Source: an uncultured Methanosarcinales archaeon (GTDB lineage Archaea > Nanobdellota > Nanobdellia > Woesearchaeales > DATDXC01). From it: a stretch of DNA of 64,000 bases. Below are positions 9,804 to 19,005 of this stretch, piece after piece (position 1 is the stretch's first letter; the number at the start of each line of letters is the position of its first letter). Made by a program: the position numbers and the translations under genes. The stretch lies in contig CAZDZV010000003.1 in NCBI GenBank assembly GCA_964510025.1, positions 1 through 64,000 of the forward strand. Direction: 5' to 3'. A model generated the notes under the pieces. The model searched no databases and had not been told where the DNA came from. It saw nothing but the letters and a program-made list of their open reading frames with translations.

Positions 9804-10220
9804 ATGGATGATATGCTTAAGTCGGTTTTGCTTGCAGGTCTTATCATTGGGGTGTTATCAGGTATACCCATAATAAATATAGGGTGCTGCCTCTGGGTTA
9901 TCGGAGGCGGCATATTAGCTGTATTTTTGCTTAATAAATTCAGCGGAAAGAAGGCTGATAAAGGCAAGGGGGCTATGGTCGGGCTGATCAGCGGCTTGGT
10001 AGGGGCAGCGATAGCAAGCACACTTGGGGCGATATTCAGCATCTTATTCAAGACAGCACTCCTGAGCTTCCTTTCAACAATGGGCCAGCCTGTGGAAGCT
10101 CTTCAAGGTGGAGTAACTGCTGTCGGCCTGATAATCAGCCTTATCTTTAACCTGGTAATATTCGGCCTGTTCGGGCTTCTAGGCGGCATCCTTGGCGCAG
10201 TGATCCTTGAGAAAAAATGA
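9804..10220 (+). CDS. Gly-rich small membrane protein (DUF5518-like)
   Basis: Four hydrophobic Gly-rich segments; GCCLW motif. Confidence 0.75.
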   Translation: MDDMLKSVLLAGLIIGVLSGIPIINIGCCLWVIGGGILAVFLLNKFSGKKADKGKGAMVGLISGLVGAAIASTLGAIFSILFKTALLSFLSTMGQPVEALQGGVTAVGLIISLIFNLVIFGLFGLLGGILGAVILEKK

Positions 10221-10501
10221 AGTTTTTGCTACAAGAAAACGTTACCATCTCACCACAGACTATAGAGAGGATCGGAAGTATGCTGAGCGTTTTCGGGGTG
10301 TTGATAGTGGTGCTTTTTGTCCTTGCCTTTGTTGCCGCAATAATAAGCCTGGTATTCTGGGTGCTGATGCTTATAGACTGCGCAAAGAGGAAATTCAAGA
10401 ATGATAATGATAAGGTAATATGGATACTCATCATCGTGTTCTTGCACTGGATAGGGGCACTGGTATATTACTTTGCAGTGAAGAGGCAGGATAGGCTATG
10501 A
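10217..10501 (+). CDS. PLDc_N-domain small membrane protein
   Basis: WVLMLIDC.KR...KVIWILII...IGALVYYF. Confidence 0.85.
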   Translation: MKFLLQENVTISPQTIERIGSMLSVFGVLIVVLFVLAFVAAIISLVFWVLMLIDCAKRKFKNDNDKVIWILIIVFLHWIGALVYYFAVKRQDRL

Positions 10502-10662
10502 AAAGAAAAAAATTTCCAACGTTTGCTGTTATAGTGTTAGTGCTGGCTTTGATATGGCTTCTAAATGAATTAGGGGTCTTGATTATGGAAATTCCATGGT
10601 TTCCGCTGATATTGATCATAGTAGCTGTAGGATGGATTGTAAATCATTACAGCAGCAGATAG
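10498..10662 (+). CDS. 54-aa two-TM membrane protein, absent from the ORF track
   Basis: ATGA overlap with the upstream stop; MKRKKFPTFAVIVLVLALIWLLNELGVLIMEIPWFPLILIIVAVGWIVNHYSSR. Confidence 0.75.
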   Translation: MKRKKFPTFAVIVLVLALIWLLNELGVLIMEIPWFPLILIIVAVGWIVNHYSSR

Positions 10663-10702
10663 CACCAAAACCTTTAAAAATGCATATATACTTCTTTGGT
10701 AT

Positions 10703-11050
10703 GTAGGGTTAGCACTTAGCTTACGGTCAAACCGAGGAAAGTCCACCCACTGAGGCCTTCGGGATTGGTTAAACTCCGATTCCGGGGCGGAGCAGCCACT
10801 TGCGAGAGCAAGATGCAGCAATGTGTGGCAACGTTACAGAAACGAGACCACCTTGCAGGAGGATGAAAGCATCGAAGCTCCTGGCGACAGGAGGGAGATA
10901 ACATGCAGACGTTCTGCAGGGAAAGGATGAAACGAACAGCCCTGGCTTGTGCAAGTTCACGAGAACGCTTAGTTAAATGCTAAGACAGAGCATCGGTGGC
11001 TGAAAAATGTCCATTTTGGCTCTGACAGAAGGTGGCTTATCTAACCCTAT
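10703..11050 (+). ncRNA. rnpB: RNase P RNA
   Basis: P1 TAGGGTTAG/CTAACCCTA; CR-I GAGGAAAGTCC (10734); CR-II ACAGAAA (10836); CR-III GATGAAACG (10926); CR-V ACAGAAGGTGGCTTA (11025); TTTAAA promoter before and T-tract after. Confidence 0.93.
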
Positions 11051-11064
11051 ATTTTTTTTACAAA

Positions 11065-11241
11065 ATGGCACAAGGAAAAGTACAAATGCCCTCTGGCATG
11101 GGGGGACTGGTAAGGTATTTCGATGAATACAAGAGCAAGATAGAGTTTAAGCCAGGCCATATAGTTACCTTGTGCATCATAGTAATCATTATCATGGTCT
11201 TACTATATTCTTTCGGAGCGAGGATGTTGGGATTAGCATGA
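11065..11241 (+). CDS. secG: preprotein translocase subunit Sec61beta
   Basis: MPSGMGGLVRYFDE..SKI...P followed by one TM. Confidence 0.93.
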   Translation: MAQGKVQMPSGMGGLVRYFDEYKSKIEFKPGHIVTLCIIVIIIMVLLYSFGARMLGLA

Positions 11242-11573
11242 TACCCGGAATGAATCCTAAGATGATGAAGCAGGCCATGAAGAGGATGGGCATCAAGCAG
11301 CAGGAGATAGACGCAACTGAAGTCATCATAAGGACAGCAGACAAAGAGCTTATGATAAGGAATCCGCAGGTTTCTAAGATAGACATGATGGGCCAGGCAA
11401 CCTATCAGGTAGTGGGCGAGGCTGAAGAAAGAGAGATCTCTTCCGAGCCGGAGATCAATGAAGAGGACATAAAGACAGTCATGGAGCAGACTGATGCAGA
11501 CAGGGAAAAGGCAACAAAAGCTATCGAGGAAAACAACGGAGACCTGGCTGCCGCCATATTATCGCTAAAATAA
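11238..11573 (+). CDS. nac: nascent polypeptide-associated complex protein
   Basis: MIPGMNPKMMKQAMKRMGI, EVII, YQVVG, UBA-like GDLAAAILSL. Confidence 0.95.
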   Translation: MIPGMNPKMMKQAMKRMGIKQQEIDATEVIIRTADKELMIRNPQVSKIDMMGQATYQVVGEAEEREISSEPEINEEDIKTVMEQTDADREKATKAIEENNGDLAAAILSLK

Positions 11574-11609
11574 TAAAGTTTATTAATTTCTTTTCTATTC
11601 TAGGCAGCT

Positions 11610-12095
11610 ATGGAGAAATTTCAGGAACTGAGACAGAAAGCAGAGAAAAGGCTTAAGACAGCTGACCATATGCTGACAATGACCTATCCTTTTGTCCAGG
11701 ATCCAAAGCTGCTTATGGCTGTTGTGGAAAACCTGTTTCTGGCCCTAGCCAACGCCATGGGATCTGTCCTGTATTATGAGCGGCTCTTCAAGCGCATACC
11801 GCCTTTCCAGGATACATTTATCTCAAAATTTAACATGTTCAAGGAAAAATGCAGTCCCAAGTATAAAATAGACGCCCAATATCTGCAGCTTATAATGGAG
11901 ATCAGGGATATAATAGTAGAGCATAAAAAGAGTCCTGTGGAATTTTCAAAGAAGGACAGATTCATAATATGCTCGGATGATTACAAAATGAAATCAGTCA
12001 CAGTGAGCCAGCTGAAAGATTATATAAAAAAAACAAAGTTATTTATAACTGAAGTGCATAATATATGCAGTAAGGATGAATCAATATTTAAGTGA
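11610..12095 (+). CDS. hypothetical helical protein, possibly HEPN-like
   Basis: All-helical; ADHML.MTYP N-terminus; RDIIVEH (Rx5H). Confidence 0.75.
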   Translation: MEKFQELRQKAEKRLKTADHMLTMTYPFVQDPKLLMAVVENLFLALANAMGSVLYYERLFKRIPPFQDTFISKFNMFKEKCSPKYKIDAQYLQLIMEIRDIIVEHKKSPVEFSKKDRFIICSDDYKMKSVTVSQLKDYIKKTKLFITEVHNICSKDESIFK

Positions 12096-12540
12096 TGCAG
12101 TTGAAGAGATCAAGCGGGTAGACCATCTGGTCACTGTTAGCCTGAGCTATACAAGGACTGTTGATGTGATCAAGTCCGTCATCAACAGGATGATAAGCAC
12201 ATTTGACTGCCTAATATCTGCCCTGTTGTCGCATCTGAAAGAGAAAGATACAATAGATGAGTATCCGCTGAGCCCTGCAGTCAGGACAGGCATTCTTCGA
12301 AAGCATTTCAAGGACAACAAAGACATAAATGAGCTACTGGACTTCTATCTTCTGCTTAGAAAGATAATAAGGTCCGAATATGAAAAGCAGAGAGAGTTCA
12401 GGCGGCATGTCACAATGATAGCACATCTGGATGACGGCGAAACCATTGAGGTTACTATCGATCTATTGAAAGAATATTTCGAAAAAATAAAAAACAGCTT
12501 CAAGCTTGTTAAGGAGAAGGTCAGCGACGATGAATGTTGA
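12076..12540 (+). CDS. hypothetical helical protein, distant paralog of the upstream ORF
   Basis: EIKRVDHLVTVSL.YTRT resembles RLKTADHMLTMTY; REFRRH motif. Confidence 0.75.
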   Translation: MNQYLSDAVEEIKRVDHLVTVSLSYTRTVDVIKSVINRMISTFDCLISALLSHLKEKDTIDEYPLSPAVRTGILRKHFKDNKDINELLDFYLLLRKIIRSEYEKQREFRRHVTMIAHLDDGETIEVTIDLLKEYFEKIKNSFKLVKEKVSDDEC

Positions 12541-13039
12541 ACTGTACAACAAGCTTCGACAGAAAGACTGGAAAAGATCTGAAATCAACAAGGCGCTTAA
12601 GATATTTGGTAAAGCTGAATCCAGCAAGGCGGAAAGAATAAAGAAGCTGGATGCGGCCATATACTGGTTTGTTCTGATAATCACTATTTTCGGCAACCTG
12701 GTTATCTCGATAGCGCTGGTGCCTTTTTTGCTTGAGTTCAGCAACCTGTTTCTCTATATGATAATAACGTTGTTTGCACTGATGTTCGGGGCCCTTTTCG
12801 ACCTGCTGCTGAGAGATATCGAGTCACTGGAGCAGAAACACATATTTATTGCAGGGCTGTTCATACCCTCTTTGGCAGCCGTGAATATATTTTACATCAC
12901 CAGCTTCTCCAACTATGTTGCTGTCAAACTCGGATTAGAGAATATCCATAACCCCTTTTTCGTATCTGTTATCTATGTTATCGCTTTTGTGCTGCCATAT
13001 CTCGTTTACAAAATAGTGAACAAAGAGCCTTTCTATTAA
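12530..13039 (+). CDS. hypothetical membrane protein (about 5 TM)
   Basis: Basic N-terminus then several hydrophobic helices. Confidence 0.75.
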   Translation: MNVELYNKLRQKDWKRSEINKALKIFGKAESSKAERIKKLDAAIYWFVLIITIFGNLVISIALVPFLLEFSNLFLYMIITLFALMFGALFDLLLRDIESLEQKHIFIAGLFIPSLAAVNIFYITSFSNYVAVKLGLENIHNPFFVSVIYVIAFVLPYLVYKIVNKEPFY

Positions 13040-13044
13040 GAAAG

Positions 13045-13118
13045 GGTGGCCAGCGGGATTTGAACCCGCGCCAGGAGATCCACAGTCTCCTATGCTAGCC
13101 AAGCTACACTATAGCCAC
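13045..13118 (-). tRNA. tRNA-His(GTG)
   Basis: Full cloverleaf: GTGGCTA/TGGCCAC acceptor, GGAGA-CT-GTG-GA-TCTCC anticodon arm, GCGGG-TTCAAAT-CCCGC T arm, C73. G-1 is encoded at 13119; CCA is not encoded. Confidence 0.97.
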
Positions 13119-13156
13119 CATATGTTTCAGAATTTCAAAATGACTTATAAATCTTA

Positions 13157-13852
13157 CTAGAAAATGTTCTTTTTCTGAATCGTCTCAATTCCCCTTTCAC
13201 TTATCCTAAACAATAGGTTCCTGCCTTCGCTAATTGACCTGTGCTTCCGCAATACAAAGGCCCTCAAGCCTTTCTTGAAGTTCTTAAGTTCAATGAGACA
13301 TTTGCTTCCGTATTTGAGAATATCCCCTCCTACCATCTTAACATTGCATTTGTTTTCAAAATCAGCATACACCTGGTTTGTCAACAGGATAGGTATGTTC
13401 TTCTTTCTTGCTATCTCATTGAGGTAGGCTATCTGCTTGCCCAACTCCCTATTGATGTCATATATATTATCGCTTTTCCCTAGTTCCAGCCTATAAAGCA
13501 TCGATATCGTATCTATCACCACCAAACCAACCTTGTTGTCAATCACCTTTCTCAGCTTATCAAAGGCATCTTTCTGTTCCCTGAATGTGGTGGGCCTAAA
13601 GAAGATCATCTGCTGCAGAACATCACTAAAAGCTCCAGTAAGCTGCTGGAGCCTTTCCAGAGAAAAGCCGCCTTCAGTGTCAACAAATATCACTTTTTTC
13701 TTGCTCAGGGCAGTATGGATTGATGTCAGAAGGCAGAATAGTGTTTTTCCTGAACCTGCAGGACCATAGATAGTTGTGACAATATCCTTATCATAGCCTC
13801 CTTTAAGAAGACGATCAAGGTCTTTTGATCCAGTGGTTATCTTGTTGGCCAT
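13157..13852 (-). CDS. radB: DNA repair and recombination protein RadB
   Basis: YGPAGSGKT Walker A, DTEGGFS.ERL.Q, TNQVY, KHR motif. Confidence 0.95.
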   Translation of the reverse strand: MANKITTGSKDLDRLLKGGYDKDIVTTIYGPAGSGKTLFCLLTSIHTALSKKKVIFVDTEGGFSLERLQQLTGAFSDVLQQMIFFRPTTFREQKDAFDKLRKVIDNKVGLVVIDTISMLYRLELGKSDNIYDINRELGKQIAYLNEIARKKNIPILLTNQVYADFENKCNVKMVGGDILKYGSKCLIELKNFKKGLRAFVLRKHRSISEGRNLLFRISERGIETIQKKNIF

Positions 13853-13926
13853 ATATCCTGGTACTCCAGAGAAGTTTTAAAATGTTTGCAAAACTTTAAA
13901 TAATTAGCAAGCTGCACCCAAGGATT

Positions 13927-15210
13927 ATGAACATTTTGCTTACAGGCCTGTTGTGGATGACATACATCCTGTCGCTGTATATCACTGTGTACTGGCTTAT
14001 AGTATTTTTTACAGGCAAAAAAAACCTGGGCTTTGACCATAAGACCAGCACCAAGCTGGCCAGGTTCCCCTATGTATCTGTCTTGATCCCTGCATTCAAC
14101 GAGGAAAATACCATAATACCTGTAATTAAGTCAGTTCTAAACCTGGATTATCCAAAAAATAAACTGGAGATTATTGCAATAAATGACGGCAGCACTGACA
14201 GCACCAAAGACCGCATCATTAGCTTCATGCAGAAAAACAAGGCACATAACATCAAGCTCATCGACCATAGGAACCAGGGAAAGGCCGCTTCCCTAAACAC
14301 GGCGCTCAAGATAGCTAAGGGAGAGTTCTTTGCATGCCTGGATGCAGATTCTTTCGTTGATAGAAAGACACTTAGAAAAATGCTGAAAACTTATGAGCAA
14401 GGCAACGAGAATTTAGCTATCGTCACCCCTGCCATGAAGGTGAAATCCCCAAAAACCTTTCTGCAGAAGATTCAATGGCTGGAATACCTTGTTTCATTAT
14501 TTATCGCCAGGCTAATGAGCCACCTGGACTGCATCTATGTGGCGCCTGGCCCATTTTCCCTGTACCGGACCAAGACAATCAAGAAGCTTGGGGGTTTTGA
14601 TACTGATAATATCACAGAGGACCAGGAAATAGCCTACAGGGTACAGAAACACCACTATAAAATCAAGCAGTGCTATGATGGCTACGTTTACACTATAGCG
14701 CCCAAGGATGCCAGGGGCCTTTACAAACAGAGAAACAGATGGCTTAAGGGAGGGGTATTGAACATCATGAAATACAGAGGGATGATGCTGAACAAAGAGT
14801 ACGGTGATTTTGGGCTGATGCAAATGAGCATCAATACAATCATATTCTTTGTCAGCCTGGCTACCTTGTTTTTTTTCGGCCTCTATTTCCTTAAGCCTTT
14901 GTACGAATTCATCAGGAATCTCTATCTGGTTAATTTTGATATAAGACCTTTCATAAGCGACTTTCTTACCTTCAAGTTCGAATTTTTGGGCTTGGATATT
15001 GAAAAAATGATCATCCTCTATCTTTTGCTGCTCATATCATTCAGCGTGATATATCTAGCGCATAAGAACGCCCATGAGAAGTTCTACAAGAGGAACATCT
15101 TTGTGCTGCTTGGATATTTCTTGGTTTACTATGTGGGGCTTTCCTTCATCATCCTTGTTGTTTTCTTTGAACTACTTCTAGAAAAGAAGCATAAATGGAC
15201 TTTTAGTTAA
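13927..15210 (+). CDS. processive GT2 glycosyltransferase (cellulose/PNAG synthase-like)
   Basis: IPAFNEE, NDGSTD, GKAASLN, DAD, TED and QRNRW motifs; N- and C-terminal TMs. Confidence 0.92.
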   Translation: MNILLTGLLWMTYILSLYITVYWLIVFFTGKKNLGFDHKTSTKLARFPYVSVLIPAFNEENTIIPVIKSVLNLDYPKNKLEIIAINDGSTDSTKDRIISFMQKNKAHNIKLIDHRNQGKAASLNTALKIAKGEFFACLDADSFVDRKTLRKMLKTYEQGNENLAIVTPAMKVKSPKTFLQKIQWLEYLVSLFIARLMSHLDCIYVAPGPFSLYRTKTIKKLGGFDTDNITEDQEIAYRVQKHHYKIKQCYDGYVYTIAPKDARGLYKQRNRWLKGGVLNIMKYRGMMLNKEYGDFGLMQMSINTIIFFVSLATLFFFGLYFLKPLYEFIRNLYLVNFDIRPFISDFLTFKFEFLGLDIEKMIILYLLLLISFSVIYLAHKNAHEKFYKRNIFVLLGYFLVYYVGLSFIILVVFFELLLEKKHKWTFS

Positions 15211-15242
15211 ATTTAAATATCATCTTAGTATCTGACTTCAGA

Positions 15243-15938
15243 ATGGGAACCGAAAGGAAAATCAGCAAAGATAAGTATGTCTTGGCGTTTGTTCTGACTT
15301 CCATCATCTTTGTGCTGGGGCTTAGTATAGGGCTGGTGTTTGACAATCTACGCCTCAAATGGACGGAAAGCGAGAGCAGGCAGCAGGAAGTTGACTATCT
15401 CAGCCTTCAGTTCCAATATCTTTACCTGACAACCCTCAGCGACAAAAATGCAAGCTGCTCTGTGCTGAATACAGCCCTGCAGAGCGCTATCAATGACCTG
15501 GGGGAGTCTTTGCAGACATTCACAAGGTATCAAGATGAGACGAAGATGAACAAGAAGGAATATGAGCTAGCAGGCCGCACATACCTTCTGGATAACCTGA
15601 AATACTGGCTTTTTGCCAGAAAGACCAAGGAGGAATGTGATCTAGACGTAGTTACGATCCTCTACTTCTATTCCAGAGACAACTGCCCAATCTGCCCTAA
15701 TCAGGGAGTTATACTCACATATTTCAAGAAAGTGTTTGGCGATAAGCTGCTGATATTCCCTATAGATGTGGACTATGAGGAAAATGAGCCTATAATCACA
15801 ATCCTGAAGAACCAATATGAAATAGTCAGCTACCCGACACTGGTTATCGAGAACAAGAAGTACGAAGGCGTTGTGGGAAACGAGCAGCTACGGGAAATAG
15901 TATGCACAGCTTTTAAGGATGAAGAAGAGAATTGCTAA
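15243..15938 (+). CDS. membrane-anchored protein with C-terminal thioredoxin-like domain
   Basis: N-terminal TM; ILYFYS..CPICPNQG; YPTLVI. Confidence 0.8.
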   Translation: MGTERKISKDKYVLAFVLTSIIFVLGLSIGLVFDNLRLKWTESESRQQEVDYLSLQFQYLYLTTLSDKNASCSVLNTALQSAINDLGESLQTFTRYQDETKMNKKEYELAGRTYLLDNLKYWLFARKTKEECDLDVVTILYFYSRDNCPICPNQGVILTYFKKVFGDKLLIFPIDVDYEENEPIITILKNQYEIVSYPTLVIENKKYEGVVGNEQLREIVCTAFKDEEENC

Positions 15939-17394
15939 ATTCCTGAAGGATGACTATGTTATCGTAATATTAGCACTAATTTTTTTTGTCATAAAGGCGC
16001 TATACCTAACAAAGGTCCATACCATAATATGGGATGAGGCTGTATATCTGGGGCTTGGGAAATATCTCTATTCTTTCGGTAAACTGGGGTTTTGGGAGAT
16101 AATCAGGCCGATAGGGCTTCCGTTGATCCTGGGCGCTTACTGGAAGCTTGGACTTGACTATATCTTCTTTTCTGAGCTGACCATCATATTGTTCTCAACA
16201 GCGGCAATCATATTAACATACCTAATAGGCAAGAAACTATTCAATAAGAGAGTAGGAATAATAGCGGCTTTTCTACTTGCACTAACCTCTGTTTTTTTCC
16301 TTTACACAAACTATATCCTCACAGGGATACCTTCAGCTTCTTTCATCTTGCTTGGGGTATATATCTATCTTGTGAAAGCAAATAAGTTCCTTTCTGGGCT
16401 TTTCTGCGGCATCGGGGCCCTGTTTAGGTTTCCAAATATGGTTGTACTTTCTGCTGTAGGGCTCACCCTCCTGGTAATTGCAATAAAGCAAAGCAACCTA
16501 TGGGAGCCTGCAAAGAAGGGAGCTATATTTTTCCTCGGTTTTCTGGCAGCACATATACCGTATTTTATATTCAATTTTTTTATTTATAATCGGGAAACAT
16601 CTAAGATATACCATGCTGTATTCCGTCCTTGGATATTGGCATTTTCCCACCAGTATAACCCTGCAGAGAGCATAGCAGCCACTAATTTTGGACTATTTCT
16701 TTACAATATCTTCTATTACCTGATACAACTACTAAAGGAAAATACCCTTCTTATCTTTTTAATTCCTGGCCTTGCATATATTTTTCGAAAAAAGTTGCAT
16801 GAAAATGAGGGAATCCTGCTTATTCTGAGCACTTTTTTTGTTTATCTGATATATTTTACATATATATCTAACAAGCAAACAAGATTTATGCTGGTCTTCC
16901 TTCCGTATGCTTGTCTGATCGCAGCGTTTGGATTCTACAGGCTTTTTACTATAAGCAAGAAAGACAGAATAAAGGTGCTACTGGTGATATTTGTAATAAT
17001 CTCAATCATAGGCGTGGGTTCGAGGAACATTAACTATTATGACTGGAGACTAAAGGAGGAACTGCCGATTAGCAGGGATTACTATAAATTTTTTGCAGAC
17101 AGAACAGTGGAAGGGCCGATACTTACCACCGACCCTGTGCCAGTAGCCTATGTAGATGCGAAATTTATACCGTTCTATTTTTCTGTAGATCTAGGCAAAC
17201 AGATTTATGAGGAAAATATCAACAGCTCATTTGCTATCATCTACAGCCCGGAATCATTTTACTGTGAAGATGAAGAATGCGAGGACAGGCTGCACCAGTT
17301 TTCAAAAAAGATAAGGGAAGAGAACAGGATCATATTTTCAGATATATACGGTGAAAGGGCATATTATATCTATTTGAATACTGATTTCAAATAA
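15919..17394 (+). CDS. GT-C glycosyltransferase (PMT_2/GT39-like)
   Basis: WDEAVY after the first TM; IRP; many TMs; K..RF.L motif. Confidence 0.85.
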   Translation: MKKRIAKFLKDDYVIVILALIFFVIKALYLTKVHTIIWDEAVYLGLGKYLYSFGKLGFWEIIRPIGLPLILGAYWKLGLDYIFFSELTIILFSTAAIILTYLIGKKLFNKRVGIIAAFLLALTSVFFLYTNYILTGIPSASFILLGVYIYLVKANKFLSGLFCGIGALFRFPNMVVLSAVGLTLLVIAIKQSNLWEPAKKGAIFFLGFLAAHIPYFIFNFFIYNRETSKIYHAVFRPWILAFSHQYNPAESIAATNFGLFLYNIFYYLIQLLKENTLLIFLIPGLAYIFRKKLHENEGILLILSTFFVYLIYFTYISNKQTRFMLVFLPYACLIAAFGFYRLFTISKKDRIKVLLVIFVIISIIGVGSRNINYYDWRLKEELPISRDYYKFFADRTVEGPILTTDPVPVAYVDAKFIPFYFSVDLGKQIYEENINSSFAIIYSPESFYCEDEECEDRLHQFSKKIREENRIIFSDIYGERAYYIYLNTDFK

Positions 17395-18041
17395 CAAATA
17401 ATCTGTCTTTTTCCTATTTTTGATGCACCGAGGCTCCTCTGCCCAAACCTATACATAACTTCTGAGATTTTAGGATTCCGAGAATACTTCAGAAGATCGA
17501 ACAAAACCTTATAGCCGCATTTTTCAAATTTTGCCTCATGATGTTTTAAAACTTCTTTGAAAAAAGCTGTCTTTACACCAAAGAAACCAGAAACAGGATC
17601 CGCGACACGGATCCCATTCAGCATCAGCCTAATCCGGCCCAAAATCGTAGCGGTTTTTGATATTATCCTCCTTTTCATCGTCCAGTTTCTTATCCTTGTT
17701 CTTGTTCCGATAACTATGTCATGGTCCTTCAGCCTGTCTGCTATCTCTCCGATTTTTTCAACAGGATGCTGTAGGTCTGCATCGATTACAACAATATTCT
17801 TTGTCTTTACCAATTTTGCAGCATGTATGACTGAAGCAGTAAGCCCCTTGGTTTTTTCCTTTTTTCTGTCAATGAATCTCACACTTTTGATCTTCTTGGC
17901 AATCTTTTTAGTGCTGTCTTCACTTCCGTCATCAACGACGAGTATTCTTACCTTGCTGTAATTTTTTTTTATCAAACCGATAATCTTAGAAATGTTTCTC
18001 TCTTCATTCAGTGTAGGGATTATCACTGTTGTATCATTCAT
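17370..18041 (-). CDS. dolichol/polyprenol-phosphate glycosyltransferase (DPM1-like GT2)
   Basis: IPTLNE, VDDGSED, DADLQHP, DPVSGFF, GYKVL, R..GASK. Confidence 0.92.
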   Translation of the reverse strand: MNDTTVIIPTLNEERNISKIIGLIKKNYSKVRILVVDDGSEDSTKKIAKKIKSVRFIDRKKEKTKGLTASVIHAAKLVKTKNIVVIDADLQHPVEKIGEIADRLKDHDIVIGTRTRIRNWTMKRRIISKTATILGRIRLMLNGIRVADPVSGFFGVKTAFFKEVLKHHEAKFEKCGYKVLFDLLKYSRNPKISEVMYRFGQRSLGASKIGKRQIICYLKSVFK

Positions 18042-18478
18042 TTTATCTTAATAAAATCCCCAATAGTAAAACCTTCATCTTTTTGCGAAGAGCTTTGCTT
18101 ATGGGTCTCCTCATGCTGCTCTATAAGCTTAATCCCTAATCTCTTTTCCAGCTTTCTTGCCAGGTTCAGGCTGGGCTTGTATCTGCCTGTCTCTATGTTA
18201 TGCAGCAAAGAGACCTTTTCATTTATCATCTTTGCAAAGTCCTCCTGCTTTATGCTCAAGGATTCTCTTTTTTTCTTGATAATTTCTGCAAAATCATCTA
18301 CAATCACAAAGAGAATCTCTTTTTTCTGGATTTCCTTTTTCTTTGCAGGAGGTTTCTCAGGCCTGATCTCTTTCAGAATTTTGCCATATCTGGAGCAGTT
18401 TTTACATACTGTCAACAGGGAACCCTCTATCTCTGCCTTAAACATCTGGCCTTCAGAACCACACATATCACATATGAT
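18038..18478 (-). CDS. mbf1: archaeal multiprotein bridging factor aMBF1; start uncertain, probably non-ATG
   Basis: CDMCG...VCKNC zinc ribbon plus Cro-like HTH (KQEDFAK..NEK...IETG) and TIGDF tail. The first Cys lies upstream of the ATG at 18466. Confidence 0.9.
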   Translation of the reverse strand: MICDMCGSEGQMFKAEIEGSLLTVCKNCSRYGKILKEIRPEKPPAKKKEIQKKEILFVIVDDFAEIIKKKRESLSIKQEDFAKMINEKVSLLHNIETGRYKPSLNLARKLEKRLGIKLIEQHEETHKQSSSQKDEGFTIGDFIKIK

Positions 18479-18519
18479 TTCAATCCCCGCACTATAGAAT
18501 TTTTTTTAGTTTATAAATC

Positions 18520-18927
18520 TTATTGGATTTTCAATAGCTCAACCATTATTTTCCTGCTGTCTCTGGGTCCGTCCCATTCAGTGACGAAGATGTTCTGCCA
18601 TGTACCCAGCATTAGTCTGCTGCTCCTTATCGGGATAGACTTGCTCACACCCGTAAGGGTAGATTTAATATGGGCAGCTGCATTATTGTCTATTGCATCA
18701 TGCAGATAGTTGTCATGCTCTGGCACTATCTTATTCACAGCCTTGATTATGTCTTTTGTGATATTTGGATCAGCATTCTCGTTTATTGTAATGCCTCCTG
18801 TGGCATGCGGAACATACAGAACGCAGATTCCTTTTTGGATATTTGATTTTTTGACTATTTCTTCTACCTCATCTGTAATATCAATAAGCTGATGCTTGTG
18901 TGAGGTTGAGATGGTAACTGTTGGCAT
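18520..18927 (-). CDS. yjbQ: YjbQ family (secondary thiamine-phosphate synthase) protein
   Basis: DIT, PHATGGITINE, NAAAHIKS, LGTWQ, EWDGPR. Confidence 0.93.
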   Translation of the reverse strand: MPTVTISTSHKHQLIDITDEVEEIVKKSNIQKGICVLYVPHATGGITINENADPNITKDIIKAVNKIVPEHDNYLHDAIDNNAAAHIKSTLTGVSKSIPIRSSRLMLGTWQNIFVTEWDGPRDSRKIMVELLKIQ

Positions 18928-19005
18928 GTGGTATGGATCTGCTATAGATATAAAAGATTTTTGTTAGTTAAGTTTATAAGTGATAGTTTATTTATCTACT
19001 ATAAA

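Noticed and set aside
10570..10960. Three minus-strand ORFs (10570..10821, 10716..10904, 10769..10960)
   Set aside because: They overlap the GC-rich RNase P RNA and show no protein-like features.
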